Position numbers and translations under genes: made by a program. 64,000 nt of DNA, from the NCBI GenBank assembly GCA_036172245.1, contig JAYWIR010000006.1:2604001-2668000 (forward strand). Reading direction: 5' to 3'. The notes beneath the pieces were generated by a model. That model saw nothing but the letters and a program-made list of their open reading frames with translations. It was not told the origin of the DNA and did no database searches. The stretch's first letter is position 1; each line of letters begins with the position of its first letter. The DNA comes from Raillietiella orientalis. Taxonomy: Eukaryota. This document shows, piece by piece, positions 1 to 11,700 of the stretch.

Positions 1-750
1 AAAATAAAAAACACCCCCTCCTCCCCTTCGTCCCCCCCCCCCCTTAAAATCGAACGACTTCCGGCACGCTCTGGACGCGAAGGATTCTGTCCGACCTCGT
101 TGCCAGGTGCTTCCGTCCGCAGTAACGGCGCTCCGCGAGGAGGACGAGCAAGAGTAGTTGGAGCGGCCCGGACGAAGGAAGGTTGTGAAGGATTCCTCCT
201 TCCCCTTTCTGCTTCTCCTCCTCCTCGTCGTGAGACCCCACCGATGCGACCGGCTTGCACGCCTCCCAGACGAGTGATGTAATGTGCGAGCCACTCCTCG
301 CCCGACCCTTTTTGCCTTCCTCTTTCCTCTTTCCAGGCCTGCAGGCGAATCGTCTTCGCCAAGAAAAGTTCAATTGGCCGTTGTGAAACCCCGGAGCAGA
401 GCAGCAGTCCCGTGCGCCTGCGCGGGCTGAAGATGCACTCCGGACGGTTCGCCCTCCTCCTCCCCTCCCCCCTCCTGCGCGCGCGAGCGCGCACGACTTT
501 CGTCGCTGTCGCGCGCGCGCCTGGGAGGGGAGCCCAGATGTTGGGCAACACCCGTCTGTCCCCCACCGGTGCGGTGAAAAGAGATCCATCCGACTTCCCG
601 TGGTCACGGGTGTCATCTCTTTCACGTCCGGAGCGCGCACAATGACGTGACCCATTTGTGGACGGACCAGCGCTGATGGGCGCCCCGCCGGCTCCGGAGG
701 CGTTGCGCAACCCGCGCCCGCGAACGAGAGGCCTCCGAACGGGCGGCGTC

Positions 751-757
751 TATAAAA
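751..757 (+). promoter_or_regulatory. TATA box of the C-type lectin gene
   Basis: TATAAAA in otherwise GC-rich DNA, 84 nt upstream of the lectin ATG at 835. Confidence 0.7.
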
Positions 758-834
758 AGGGTGAGCGAGTCGTCTCGAGCCAGAGGATCCTCAGGACTGG
801 CCCCACGACCGAGCATCCCGCGCGACGTGTACCC

Positions 835-1727
835 ATGGAACTTCCCGGAAGCGGCCCCAAGCTGGGGTTCTGGCGCCTGCTGCTCCTCCTGGGAGTTCAC
901 GGGGCAGCCGAAGGTAGGAAGGTCCCGGCATCCTTCCGGGAGGCAGGGAAAGGGGGGCGCCCCGCCGTAACTCTGTCCTTCCGGAGACGGGGGTAGTGCC
1001 CGGCGGGGAGCCAGGAGGGCGAGGTCGCGCGGCTGCTAACCGCTCGCCGGCTTCACGCGGCGGTGGGACTGCTCTGCCGCCCGGCTCCCCCGAAAGCGGG
1101 TCCGTGGGTCTTCCTCCTCTAACGGGAGTGTTTCCTATGTCTTCCAGCGATGCTCCAAATGAATACATTCGAGATTGGGTCGTCCAAGTACTTCTTCAGC
1201 AGCATGCACCCCTTCATGGGAGCCCTCAACTTCCACCTGGCTTACCAGTTCTGCAGGAACATCGGAATGGAGATGCTGAGCTTCGAGACAGTTGAAGAAG
1301 TCCGGGAGATCCAGTCCTTCCTCAACAAGACGAGTACGAACCGTTCTCGTCGCTCCCAATCGCCCGAAGAGGGTCTGTCCTTCTAGACCAGCTGCACGAG
1401 AGGTTCTGGACTTCCGGCAACGTCATTGGAGGGACGCACTGGCTCTGGCTAAGCACCGGACGGGAGTTCAACGCGACGTTTGGCAGGTGGACGAAGAAGG
1501 AGCTCTTGCAGACGTTGAGTACATCCCGGAGAAGGCGGTCCTTAACCCCCCTCCCTCCTTCCGCCTCCCACAGGTTCAGCCCGAAAGACAAGGAGGCTCC
1601 CCGCTGCCTCTTGTCCCTGGGGAACGGCAACTGGGAAGTGAACGACTGCAGGAAGAAGGAGCACTTCGTGTGCGAGCTGACCCGATGCTATCTGTACAAT
1701 TACAATTCCGTGTCCGTGCCGCCTTGA
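835..1727 (+). CDS. Secreted single-domain C-type lectin, 172 aa; exons 835-913, 1148-1333, 1387-1486, 1574-1727
   Basis: Hand-spliced model with GT-AG introns of 234, 53 and 87 nt, all phase-compatible (519 nt total). Signal peptide MELPGSGPKLGFWRLLLLLGVHGAAEA. CTLD motifs LNFHLAYQFC..MLSFET, FWTSGN..WLWLSTGREFNATF and RCLLSLGNGNWEVNDCRKKEHFVCE. The C-terminal TRCYLYNY tail resembles, from memory, a conserved arthropod CTL family. Confidence 0.93.
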
Positions 1728-2263
1728 GCCCTGGGGGCGGCGGAAGGGTGTCAGGCTGGTTGCAGAGGTCCCAGACGGCCGCGGCGGCGCGCCGTCGCCT
1801 GGAGGGGGATCGTGGCGCTCACGCAGCCTGCAAACGGAGACCTTCCTTTCGTCGATCGACGTGTGCGTTCCTCCCCGGGTTGTTTTTTCCTCTCCCCTCC
1901 CCCTCCCCGCCTCCGCCACCGCATTCGCACTCCGCGGCACGCAGCCTCAGGAACTCGGAGCCTCGCTCTGGACCGTGTTCGCGTGAGGCGCCTGCGGAGC
2001 ATCGAATCCCTGTTCCCCCATCGTCAGAGTTCAGTAAATAGATTGTTTTTTTTTTTTTCTTTTTCCTTCAGCACTGCTTCTCTTTCGTGGGCAGCTTTCG
2101 CGGCGGCACCAGCATGGAGGATGCGCACGCGTCCTCGTCCGTGTCACGCGGTACGTCCCGGTTTCCTTCCGTCGCTTTCAGGCAAAGACTTTGAGTGAAG
2201 AAGCAAACGGCGGAAACGAGGGCTGTTGCCAGGCAGCGGAGTCGGAAGGGGAAGAAAGAAAAT

Positions 2264-2557
2264 ATGGCCTTGGTCAAGCCCATTCTCCTCGCTTCGCATC
2301 TTCTCGCTTTCTTCAGCTCCCCCTCCCATGCATCGCCCCTCTCCGATGCCATGGAAGTTCCCTGCATGAATCCCCAAGCCGGATCGAAGGAACTTCTTGA
2401 ATGCGTCCACAAGGCGTATGCGCGGATGTTGGCGCGGGTGACGGTGTTGAGGGGTTTCCTTCGGATGGGCTCGCGTAGTGCCGGGCTGCGCGTTCTCGGA
2501 TTGGTTCGCTCGCCCTGGCGCGACCGGCTCGAGCCCCCTTTTTCTCAAAAGGGGTGA
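2264..2557 (+). CDS. Candidate small secreted protein or peptide precursor (97 aa if unspliced)
   Basis: Start context aaaatATGG; signal-peptide-like MALVKPILLASHLLAFFSSPSHA; Cys pair in VPCMNPQAGSKELLEC; pyrimidine-rich acceptor (tttcag) ending at 2181 upstream. No homologue recognised. Confidence 0.35.
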   Translation: MALVKPILLASHLLAFFSSPSHASPLSDAMEVPCMNPQAGSKELLECVHKAYARMLARVTVLRGFLRMGSRSAGLRVLGLVRSPWRDRLEPPFSQKG

Positions 2558-3380
2558 CGAAACTCCTTTGGGGTTCTTCTGTTTCCGCTGCTTTCCTTTC
2601 GGCCTTTTCTTTCTTCTCTTTCTGCCTTTTTTTCGGGTTTCTTTTTTTTGGTCTGCCAAGTGCTGAAGCACCGTTCGCCTCCTCAGGGAAGGCTCGCGAA
2701 GCTCCTTAACGCGATCCATGCCAGTCGAGGGTGCGTGTCACTCTTCCAAGTTAGGGGTGACCCGGGAGAGGACCACCCAATGAATCCAGAAAGGCTACAG
2801 GGGAAGAAGTCCGTTCCTCTTACCTTTCGGAGGGAACTTCCGCAGGGAACCTCTTCCTTATTCCCTCCAGAGGGACCCCCGGAGGGGGGACACTCCTCAA
2901 TTCTTCTTCGGAGGGAACCGGGAAAGGATCCGCTCCTTGTTTCCTCTCTGAAGAGAACCCGGAAGGGACGCTTCCCAATTTCTCTTGAGGGTGACTCCCC
3001 GAAGGGAGGAGAGAGCTTCTTGGGCACTCTGGAGAGATGACAGTCCACTAGCTCCATGGCACGAGATGGAGTGTGGCCCCTCTGAGGGGGAGACGACTCC
3101 ACGTGCACAACCGGATGGGAACTCCTAAGGAGCTCTTTGACGTCCTGGAAGGACCTCCGGAAGATGGGCTTCCAATCCCGCCCACTCATCGGGGCATCCG
3201 GTTCTTCAGCTTCTACCGGCGCCGCACCCGATTAGGCCAATCAGCGCCATTCTACGAGGGAACCTCGAAACCCACGACGCACCCGTTTCTCGGTATCGAT
3301 CTTTCCCCCGGCGGGATTCGAGCCCGCGACGCCTGATGCGGAACGGGTGGAGGCCGCGGCCACACCGTCGCCAAGGCGGG
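2555..3380 (-). mobile_element. Composite repeat family A, copy 1: tRNA-like head, body and GC-rich VNTR
   Basis: The minus strand starts with a tRNA-like head (B-box GGCTCGAATCC at ~3314-3324). The body is shared with 7470-7590. Degenerate ~45-55 bp units (ctcggagggacccc..gaaggga) run ~2820-3170. Segment 2555-3020 aligns to 37135-37620. Confidence 0.65.
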
Positions 3381-3477
3381 TGGTCAAGAACTCCACCTTG
3401 TTTTCCAGCGCAGTCCCAGTCAGCCCAGTAAGTTGGATGAGCTCGAGGCTCGCATCTCAGGTTTCAGCTCCGATTTG

Positions 3478-3499
3478 GAGAGAGAGAGAGAGAGAGAGA
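3478..3499. repeat. (GA)11 microsatellite
   Basis: Read directly from the sequence. Confidence 0.95.
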
Positions 3500-4225
3500 C
3501 TACTTTCCGTTTGACTTCATCCAGCGGAGCGGATCCACTTTTGTTTAAATTTCACTCCAACGGATCAGTACGAAGAGAACTGCTGTCAAAAAAAAATGCC
3601 GAAAATTCAACGCCGTAGCCCATCGCGAAACTATCTTTCTTCGTGCAAGAGTGATGGGGTCACAAAGTGAAAACGAACCTCTCAGCCTAACCCCCAGTCA
3701 GTATACGTGGAAGTATGGCGCCTCATTTGACACGTTCACGCCAGGAAGTACAGTCGGTTGGTACATAAATGGTGTCTCATCGGGTGGTATGTAACACCGC
3801 TGGTACAAACAGATCTAATTGCTTTTACCAGTCTTTTTGTTTTGAAAATAAAATCAATAAAGAGTCTGCAAATGAACAAAAACTAGATAGTTGTTTGATT
3901 GTAAACAATTACTTTTAATATACATGAGTATTAATGCTATCCGCTGTGCTAATGCTAAGAAAATACCATTATAATCAATGACTTTATTTATTTTATGAAT
4001 TTCTTCAAAACAATTTCAGTTAAGCTGCAAGCCGGAAGTGCTCAGGCGCCCAAAACTGTTTTCGTACGTACTTGCCATCTATGAACCACAAAGTTCGCCT
4101 TAAACTGCCAACATTCCAACTTGAATAATTTTTTGTTTTCTCATAGAAAAAAAAGGAGAAAAAAAACACTGAACACCATGTCTTTCAAACCTTAATTTAC
4201 AGCATGATGCCGCCGTATCAAAGTA

Positions 4226-5769
4226 CGCTGGGCTCCCGTACAACGCGGGGGATACGTTCCGCGTTATAGTAAACACCGCGTTATACGAGACATGCACGAA
4301 TTTATGCAAGTTTAAACATATATCTGAGTTCCAGTACTGATCGCCACTGAACACATACACGTCTTACATTTAGAGTGATTTGATTCAAAAAATCGATTGT
4401 AGTTTGAATGCAACACTCCCGCAAATGTGGAAAGAATTTCCAACGCTAAATTGCATTGAAATAATCAACTCATCTCTTGAAGGATTGAAACCTTGAACGC
4501 CTGTTGGAAAAAAAAGCTATGGCCAGATGTGGCCATTGCAGCAAATCCTTCAGCTTCATCAGAGACAGACGTAAATCGCGTAGCAGCTGCTGCGCAAAGC
4601 GTCGGTGGTCAAAAGGAGATGGATTTGTTGACATGGATGAGACGGGCATCACTGAATTAATGAATCACAACCAAGATGTTGACGGAACCGAATTAGTAGA
4701 ATTGGCACATCGCCCTGATTCTAGCCTTTCCCCAGTCCTCCTCGAGGTGGGGTGAATTTATTTGCACACACAACAGACACACGCAGGCAAAGCGCTGAAT
4801 CAGTGCTGAAGCCCGCGCAGGTACGACACCGTCCCGGCCGCACAGTTCAGAGTCCAGAGGCAGTTCGGGAGAGTCCAGGATGCGACTCTTCGGCACGCCC
4901 AGATGTTTGCTTCCCTCTTCAGGAGTCCTGTTGGGATGTCCCGGGCATCGCACGTGTGTCCTTGGGCGAGTTTCCCTCTTCTGACGAGGATGCTCCTCAG
5001 GAAGAAGGCGACGACCACCTGCGCGGTGGGGTGGTAGCGGGGAACGCCGTCTTCGCCCTCGAAGAGTCTTCGCGGGGCCTGAAAGACCGCCTCACCACTC
5101 TCTCCAATCTCAGACGAGGGTTCGGACGGTGTAGATGTGCAGACGATCTTAATCTCGTAAAGGTGAGGAAAGCTCATTCCAGATTTCTCATGAACCAGAG
5201 CAGCATCCGAGTTTGGAGGCTTTGAATAACCGGTTAGAGATAGCCAAAACGCTAGAAGCATATTCTATAGAGCGCGCTCGTCGAATTTAAAAGGAAACTG
5301 AAAGACTGCCTGTCCCCATATTTGCAAGCCAGAAATGATCTGGAAAAAGAACTGCTTTTCAGCAACGATAATAATAGAGACGAAACTATGGACTCTCCAA
5401 GCGATGCATCTGTACAGTCAATATGAAAAAGACGATATCGTGGATACTTCCGATAGTGAATAAACGTCAAACAGCGAAGCATTTTTATTTTTGTGCCAAT
5501 TAAAAATCGAATAAAAATATTTCCCCCTATATCTTTAAATGCGCACTTTATTATTTTTCGATAAATCTTTTATGACCACTAGCCTCCCTGTGTATACACA
5601 AACAACAGGCAAGTGTATACATATTGCGTTTCTGAACAAAAAGTCGAAAAGTGTGTTAAGATACTTCAAATTCATCTTGCGCGTTATACGGGACTGTTTA
5701 TCGCGTTGTATGAGTACTAGTCCCAATTTTTTCGCGTTATGGGGGAGCGCGTCATGCGAAAGTCCACTG
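4226..5769 (+). mobile_element. Decayed, internally deleted pogo/Tigger-family DNA transposon
   Basis: Left end TA|CGCTGGGCTCCCGTACAACGCGGGGGATACGTTCC is pogo/Tigger-like. Right end ..CGCGTCATGCGAAAGTCCACTG matches it 13/22 as an inverted repeat, with repeated cgcgttata subterminal motifs. Transposase C-terminal remnants: TYTRLTF, TLPQMWKEF..NCIEII, TLNACWKK/LWPDV, GDGFVDMDETGITELM..ELVEL, EFKRKLKDCLSPY. Frameshifts and stops are present. Confidence 0.8.
4703..5141 (-). mobile_element. GC-rich insertion in the Tigger remnant, possibly a solo LTR
   Basis: Interrupts the transposase remnant. Ends read TGGCACATC...GATGTGCA (TG..CA with a short inverted repeat), and a minus-strand AATAAA lies at 4757-4762. 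No clean TSD. Confidence 0.3.
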
Positions 5770-6924
5770 CACTTCGTGGTCATTCTACCACAGCTTCATC
5801 TCACTTTGCGTTGGAAGCCGTCTCGCCATGTTTTGGGACAACAGTTTGTGCCCAGTGGCTATTTTATCCGCCCGTCGCTCCCAGCGCAATGGACCAGGTG
5901 CTTTTCTTATCTATTGGTTTTTCCGTTCAGCTGGTAGTGGTATCGATCTCTGGCAGTCTCTCTCGTTCTTCTCTTATTTTGATCACGCGCTGGCCGCTAG
6001 GAAGGCCTCCGCCACTGCGACGCGTTCCGCAGTATCGCATAGCCCTTTTGAGTCTCGCATCTATCCGGATCAAGGCATCTCTGCTCGGCACTCTTCTTCT
6101 TGGAAACGCCGCAATTTGTTTGGAGAAGAAGTTGTCAGATCGATCTCGACTCTGTCGCTGCACTGTCGGTTTTCGGACTTTGCACGTAGCGTGCCGAGGC
6201 GGAGCTGTGGACCAGAGATTCCTTGCCTCCGCTTACAGCTAATCGAAAAGAACGCCGAAACCAGAAATGCAGATGACCAGGGGAAAGGGATGCTCAGCCT
6301 CTGCATTGTGGGAGAATGAGAATTGGATGCAGGAAGAGCAGTGGCTCTCGCAGCAGCGGGCAAGCGGCATCCTACAGTGCTGCCTTAGGGCAGGGACTTG
6401 GCTCGCTGAATGGATGCACCTTTCACGTCTTCATCGATATTGGTTTCCATTTTCGAATAGAAAGGAATAATATCCCCTCCCCTCTCCCCTCAAATCGACT
6501 GATGGACCGATTCGAGCTCCTCATTTGATCGCGGAAGGGGGCGATGCGCGGTGCTGCGAAGAAACGCAAGGCTCCCTTTCTGCTCGTTTTGCTTCGGGTT
6601 CCCGGGCATCAGACGCCCGTGGAAATAGTCCCAGACTGCTTTTTTGATGATATTTTCACCTCTGAATGTGTACATCCGAAAAATCCGCTGTACCTTTATT
6701 TCGTCTTCCTAACATCTGGAAAGGAATGCAATTCCCAACGCGCTGGGCACTCTCCGCCTTCGAGCGTACAGCGTGCGGTGGAAGACCGTGTTCTTGGGAG
6801 GAGCTAAGTACCTCAGGGCCGGTCGAATGCCTCGCGGCGCACGTGGCTGTTTTTAAACAGTAAACACACTGTTTTGTTTCCACGCCCCTCCGCCCACGGC
6901 AGCCTGCAGGGGGGCGTGTAATTC

Positions 6925-7657
6925 TTCAGGATAGGGGGCACCCCGAGAGGGGGTCCGCCCTATGAATCCAGGAAGGGCTCGGAGTCCGTTCCTCTCACAC
7001 TTCCTCTCACACCTCCAACCCTGGTTGTCTCCGAAGGGGAACCCCGAAGGGAATCTCCTTCCTCATTCTCTCCGGAGGGACACCCCCCGGGAGGGGAGTG
7101 ATCGTCTCCATTTCATCTTCTCCGGAGGGACCCCGAAAGGGAACAGCTCCTGTTCACTCCTCTGAAGAGAACCCCGAAGGGACGCTTCCGAAACTCAGAA
7201 GGGGCGCTGCAGCTTCCCGTAGGGAATCGCTCTCGCTTGCTTCCTTGCACTCTGTGAAGAGGCGACGACTCGGAGGGACCCCCCCGCAACGGGGAGGGTC
7301 CGCTCCTTTGAACAACTGGAGAGGTGCCCGTGAGGGCTCCTGCTCCATCTTGAAACCGGAGGGGTCCCCCCGATGAGGGGGGTCCGCTCTCCGTTGCACG
7401 ACCGGAGGGGGAACTCCCCACTCCTTTATTCCTGGGAAGACCCGAAGGTCAATTTCCAATTGTTCCGGCCTTCATCGGGGGCCTCCCGCTTAATCCACCG
7501 CCGGTGCCACGCCCGAATGACTCGGCCAACCAGCGCCGTTGCAGGAGAAACTCGTAACCCAAACGACGCAGTGGCGTCAGTTTCTGCCGGAGGATTCGAT
7601 CCCGCGACGCAAGGTGCCACGCGCGGAAGCCTTAACCACAAGGCCTCCGACGCGGGC
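6925..7657 (-). mobile_element. Composite repeat family A, copy 2
   Basis: Minus-strand A-box-like GGCCTTGTGGTTAAGGC (~7630-7645) and B-box GGATCGAATCC (~7592-7602). Body similar to 3185-3310; VNTR at ~7020-7450. Confidence 0.65.
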
Positions 7658-7736
7658 GGAGCAGCACCACGAATATTCACCAAACACCAGTGAAGCAAAT
7701 TTCGCGTTTCTTTGCCTCTTCGGCTTCAGTCTGCTC

Positions 7737-8448
7737 ATGGGAAGAGGAATGGTCCGGGCACCCGCGATTGTGGGCGCACGAGGCTTTCAGAAAACTTTTC
7801 TTGCAATACACACGCGTACAGATTTTCCGAGTGAAAAAAAGAAAGAAAAGACAAGGAATAAATGTATCGGCATAAACCAGGTCTCTCACAGTTACGTGCT
7901 GCGAAACCACACGGACAGAATCCCTTTTGCTTTTCGTCCAGGATTCTCCGATTCCCTTAGCGTGGGACTCGTATCCGATGAAAGCCTTGCCTTTCAAAAC
8001 GAGGAAAACCACGCGGTCATCAAACGGGGATAGGTGCACCACGATGTGGGAGAAGATGGGATCCGTGGCATGATTTCGAAAAGACCTGCTGCAAGCTTTC
8101 GTTCTAGAAAGGTGAAGGAATAAAGCGGCCGGTAAGGGAAACCACCATACAAAGTCTTAAGCGGACGTAAATACAGGAAAGAGTCGCGGTTAGGGATGTC
8201 ATGTTCATTCCACAAATGGCCTCAGGCATCCTCGATGTCCTGCATCGTTGCTTGCATCTGACCTCGCGGAAAAATTACGATGCGCAAACCAGCATCTGCA
8301 GGTGGGAGTAGCTGCCTTAAAATGCCCTCAAAAGCCACATCCTGACCGATGCTGAACCAATGTCCGGTAACCTCTTAGGATGGGTTTGACTTTTGCCAAA
8401 AACTACGCACTTCGTGCAACGTACATCCGCCGCTTTACACACTGGTAG
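7737..8448 (+). CDS. Candidate small spliced gene convergent with MMS19; 3' exons 8177-8301 and 8379-8448, 5' exons uncertain
   Basis: Arthropod initiator TCAGT just before ATG 7737. Phase-compatible GT-AG junctions give ..ERVAVRDVMFIPQMASGILDVLHRCLHLTSRKNYDAQTSICRMGLTFAKNYALRATYIRRFTHW*. AATAAA occurs at ~8673 and 8711. The acceptors are weak. Confidence 0.4.
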
Positions 8449-8734
8449 ATTTCACCGGCAAAAACTCGTACCTTTCCCTAAGGATCGAGCCAAACGCAGG
8501 CATTCCTACAAACCTTGGCGGTCGGATCTATCACTTGCATTTGGGCATTTTTAATTGCATAATTACGTAAGTTCTAAGCAAAGAGTGGTCATTGCGTTTT
8601 AAATTCTACTAACGCAAGCTAGAATGGCCTTTGTACGCCTGCAAAGCACGTCTGTGAAAGCAAACGAGGGACAATAAATTGAAATATAAAATTAGGCCTT
8701 AATTAAAAAAAATAAAAAAGAAATGCATTTCTCA

Positions 8735-11700
8735 TCATCCTAAACCACCTGGAGATCCCACCAGGAACCATGTATTTCTGGCAACGGCAGCTTCCTGTCG
8801 GACAAGTCGTTTCTTATCTGTCAAACAGATGGCAAGTTCTTCTAGAATTCCCTCACGATGAACAAGTATGTTTATGCTTGGTAAAAAGCTCATCTGAGTC
8901 AAGCACTTTAGAGCCAGGATTCTTATCTCCTATATAATAAGTGATTCCCCCAAATCCAATTTCCCTCATACGCACCATGCACGATTCACATCTGGCCAAC
9001 TGAAGAACACGGGGAATGATATCAGAGAGGTAATCCAACATAAGTGTTGAGTTCTGAGCCAATGCTTGATTGACGGTTTGCAAAGAAGCTTTGAGGGCAT
9101 CTAAATCCTCCAGGTTCATGGCCTGAACAAGCAGAGGGAACACTGCCGAGAGATGGTCATGCAACACACACTCTGGCAAGTGCAAGAGTCCAGTAAACAA
9201 GGCTAACAAATGAGCTTCTTTCGTGTGAACTGTAGTATCTTGGAAACCATTAACAAATGCTGGCATGCAATGTAAAAATGCTTGCTGTTTGTAGAAAGGC
9301 ACAATTTGCCAACAATTAGCTTCTATCAAGACGTCAGAGTTGCCAAAAATGATATTAAAACCCATTGTAGCTTCATTAGCACTATCTTCCCGTTTCAGCA
9401 AACAAACGAGCTTGTCTAGATAATCAAGACTTTGTGGATGACTCCTCATCAAGAGTGCTTTAATCAACCAGCCGAGCAAACATGTCTTCTGAAGTGAATT
9501 GGGTGGTCCAGTTTGGTTCCACTGTGTCAAAAGGGGGAGCACTCGAGGCTCTTCCAGTTTGTTAACAAGCAGTGCCAAAATTTGAAAGGCAGGATGATTT
9601 GAATCATTTCCCTCGAGTCCAATCCGGACCAACTGAGTTGTCAAGCCATTAAAATCAAGAAGAATGTTTATATCGGGAAGAGTCATAACAACACCTCCCA
9701 AGATGGCACACTGCAAATATTGACTTCAGCACCCATCTTGTTCTGCACTAACCAGGTGAGCATGGAATGCTTGCAGCTCCTCACAGGTTTCTTCCAAGGC
9801 AGGAAATGCACCACAGGCAGTGTTTCTGCCTGACAACATGTTTCCAAGCCAGGCTATTATGGTGTGTGCTAACTGGGGCAGCTTGACCATCACTTGAAAG
9901 ATGAGCTGAATGCTGCTTTTCCAAGGTGAAGTGGCCAGCTGTGGATATTTTGCAGAAGTTTGGACGAACGATACTAGGAGTTGCTGACTAAACTCGGCAC
10001 TTAATTGTTGGGAACGGGAGATAACATTCACTAGAGCATCTAGAAGCTGAAGATAAGGGCAGGCCATCCATGCTGTCAGCATCTCATTCATCAGCCGGTC
10101 ATCAATAAGATGATTGCAACCAGAAAGGGCAACCAAGATGTCCAAGGAGAAAAGTGTTCCTTCTTTGTCCACTCCATCAGAAGATACATGCAGACAAGGC
10201 TCCAGAAGCAAGAAAGCAGCATGGCAAGTTTCCTCATCCATAAGTGAAAAGAGTCGATGGAGACATTTGGCTGCTTCCAGTCTAACAACACACTCAAAAC
10301 AAAATGCAATCTTCAACCCACTTATTGCAATTGAATTGACTTGTTAGGATCCAAGACACAAGAAATGATGCTACTTCTTGTGGTTCTAAGCAAAAAGGTA
10401 ACACATGGTACAGTGATTGCAACAATGATGTGCGATTGTTTTCAGGTTGTTCCAAACACAACTTGAGAATGTAAGAAGCCAAAGACTGCTGATGATGTGC
10501 CGTCATCTGGTCTAAAGAATATATTGAGGTTATATGAATATCATCTTACTGATGGCTCCTACAATATGGCCAAGTGCTTCCAGAAGACTATGAGTTCCAA
10601 GCACACTGATTTGAGACTGCAGCACAGGCAATACCTGAGTAAATAATTTGGAAGTAGTGGTGGTTCCAAAAATGAATTCAAGAAGCCTTACTTGCCTTTT
10701 CTATAAGCTTCTCAGCAAATGAGCTAGACCCCTTGAGGCAAGCTTCACAGATCTGACCAACAATATCAGCTCTAACATGTGTTGATTCTTTGAGATGATT
10801 GATGCAATCTAGACAGGCATAAAACTCTTCAGGAAGAACAGCACCAACCTTCTGACATTAATTCTACCAAGTGTACTTGAGAAATCTCTGAATCCTCTGC
10901 TTCTGCAAGACGAATGACTAAAATATAGCAGATTTCTAGAGCACCAGCTGTTACATCAGAATGCAGTGGTGATAGCAGCTGAGCTTTCAGACCATCCCAA
11001 ATAGCATCCAGTACCTCAATCAGCTGTCCCACAGCACATTGCTGACAGCAGGCTTTCTGTAGGTCAAATCATTTATGCACAGAAAAATACATCAAGCATC
11101 ATACCAGCAACTGCAAAGCATCTAATTTGGCCATTATAAGCATTGACATCATTTTATCTAATGCAAGAGAAATAGCAAAGGAGTGAAATTCGGTGGGAGC
11201 ACTCAGACACATTTGTAAAGCATTCTTGAGATCTTCTCTGGTGATACCAAAGTTGTCATTCTGTGGCTGCAAGAAGGAATCTTTGGGATTGTTAATAAAA
11301 AAAAATCAAAGTAAAGCATACTGGTTTAAAGTCAATTGGAAAATAGCAAGCCAATATGTCAAAAAATTCCTCTGCATAGGCACCTAATCCATGTGTACAC
11401 AAAAGGGTGGGCAGAAAATTGAAGCACAAATATAAATTTCGTGGATCACTCTCTCCATCAAGTGACTGAATGCAAAAGAGGATAAAAGTGGCACCTAATC
11501 CCCGTGTGACTAAAATACAGTCATTAAGTATGGTCTACTGATTGAAGCAAGTGGCCACCAAATACCACTCACCATACGAATGCTTCAAAACTAGCTGTTT
11601 AATGACACTGTAAAACGCCTGTCGATCTCTCTGTAATTGGGATTGGCATGAAATATGACTTGAGAGTGAAGTAATTAATTTCTTGATACTAATCTGACTG

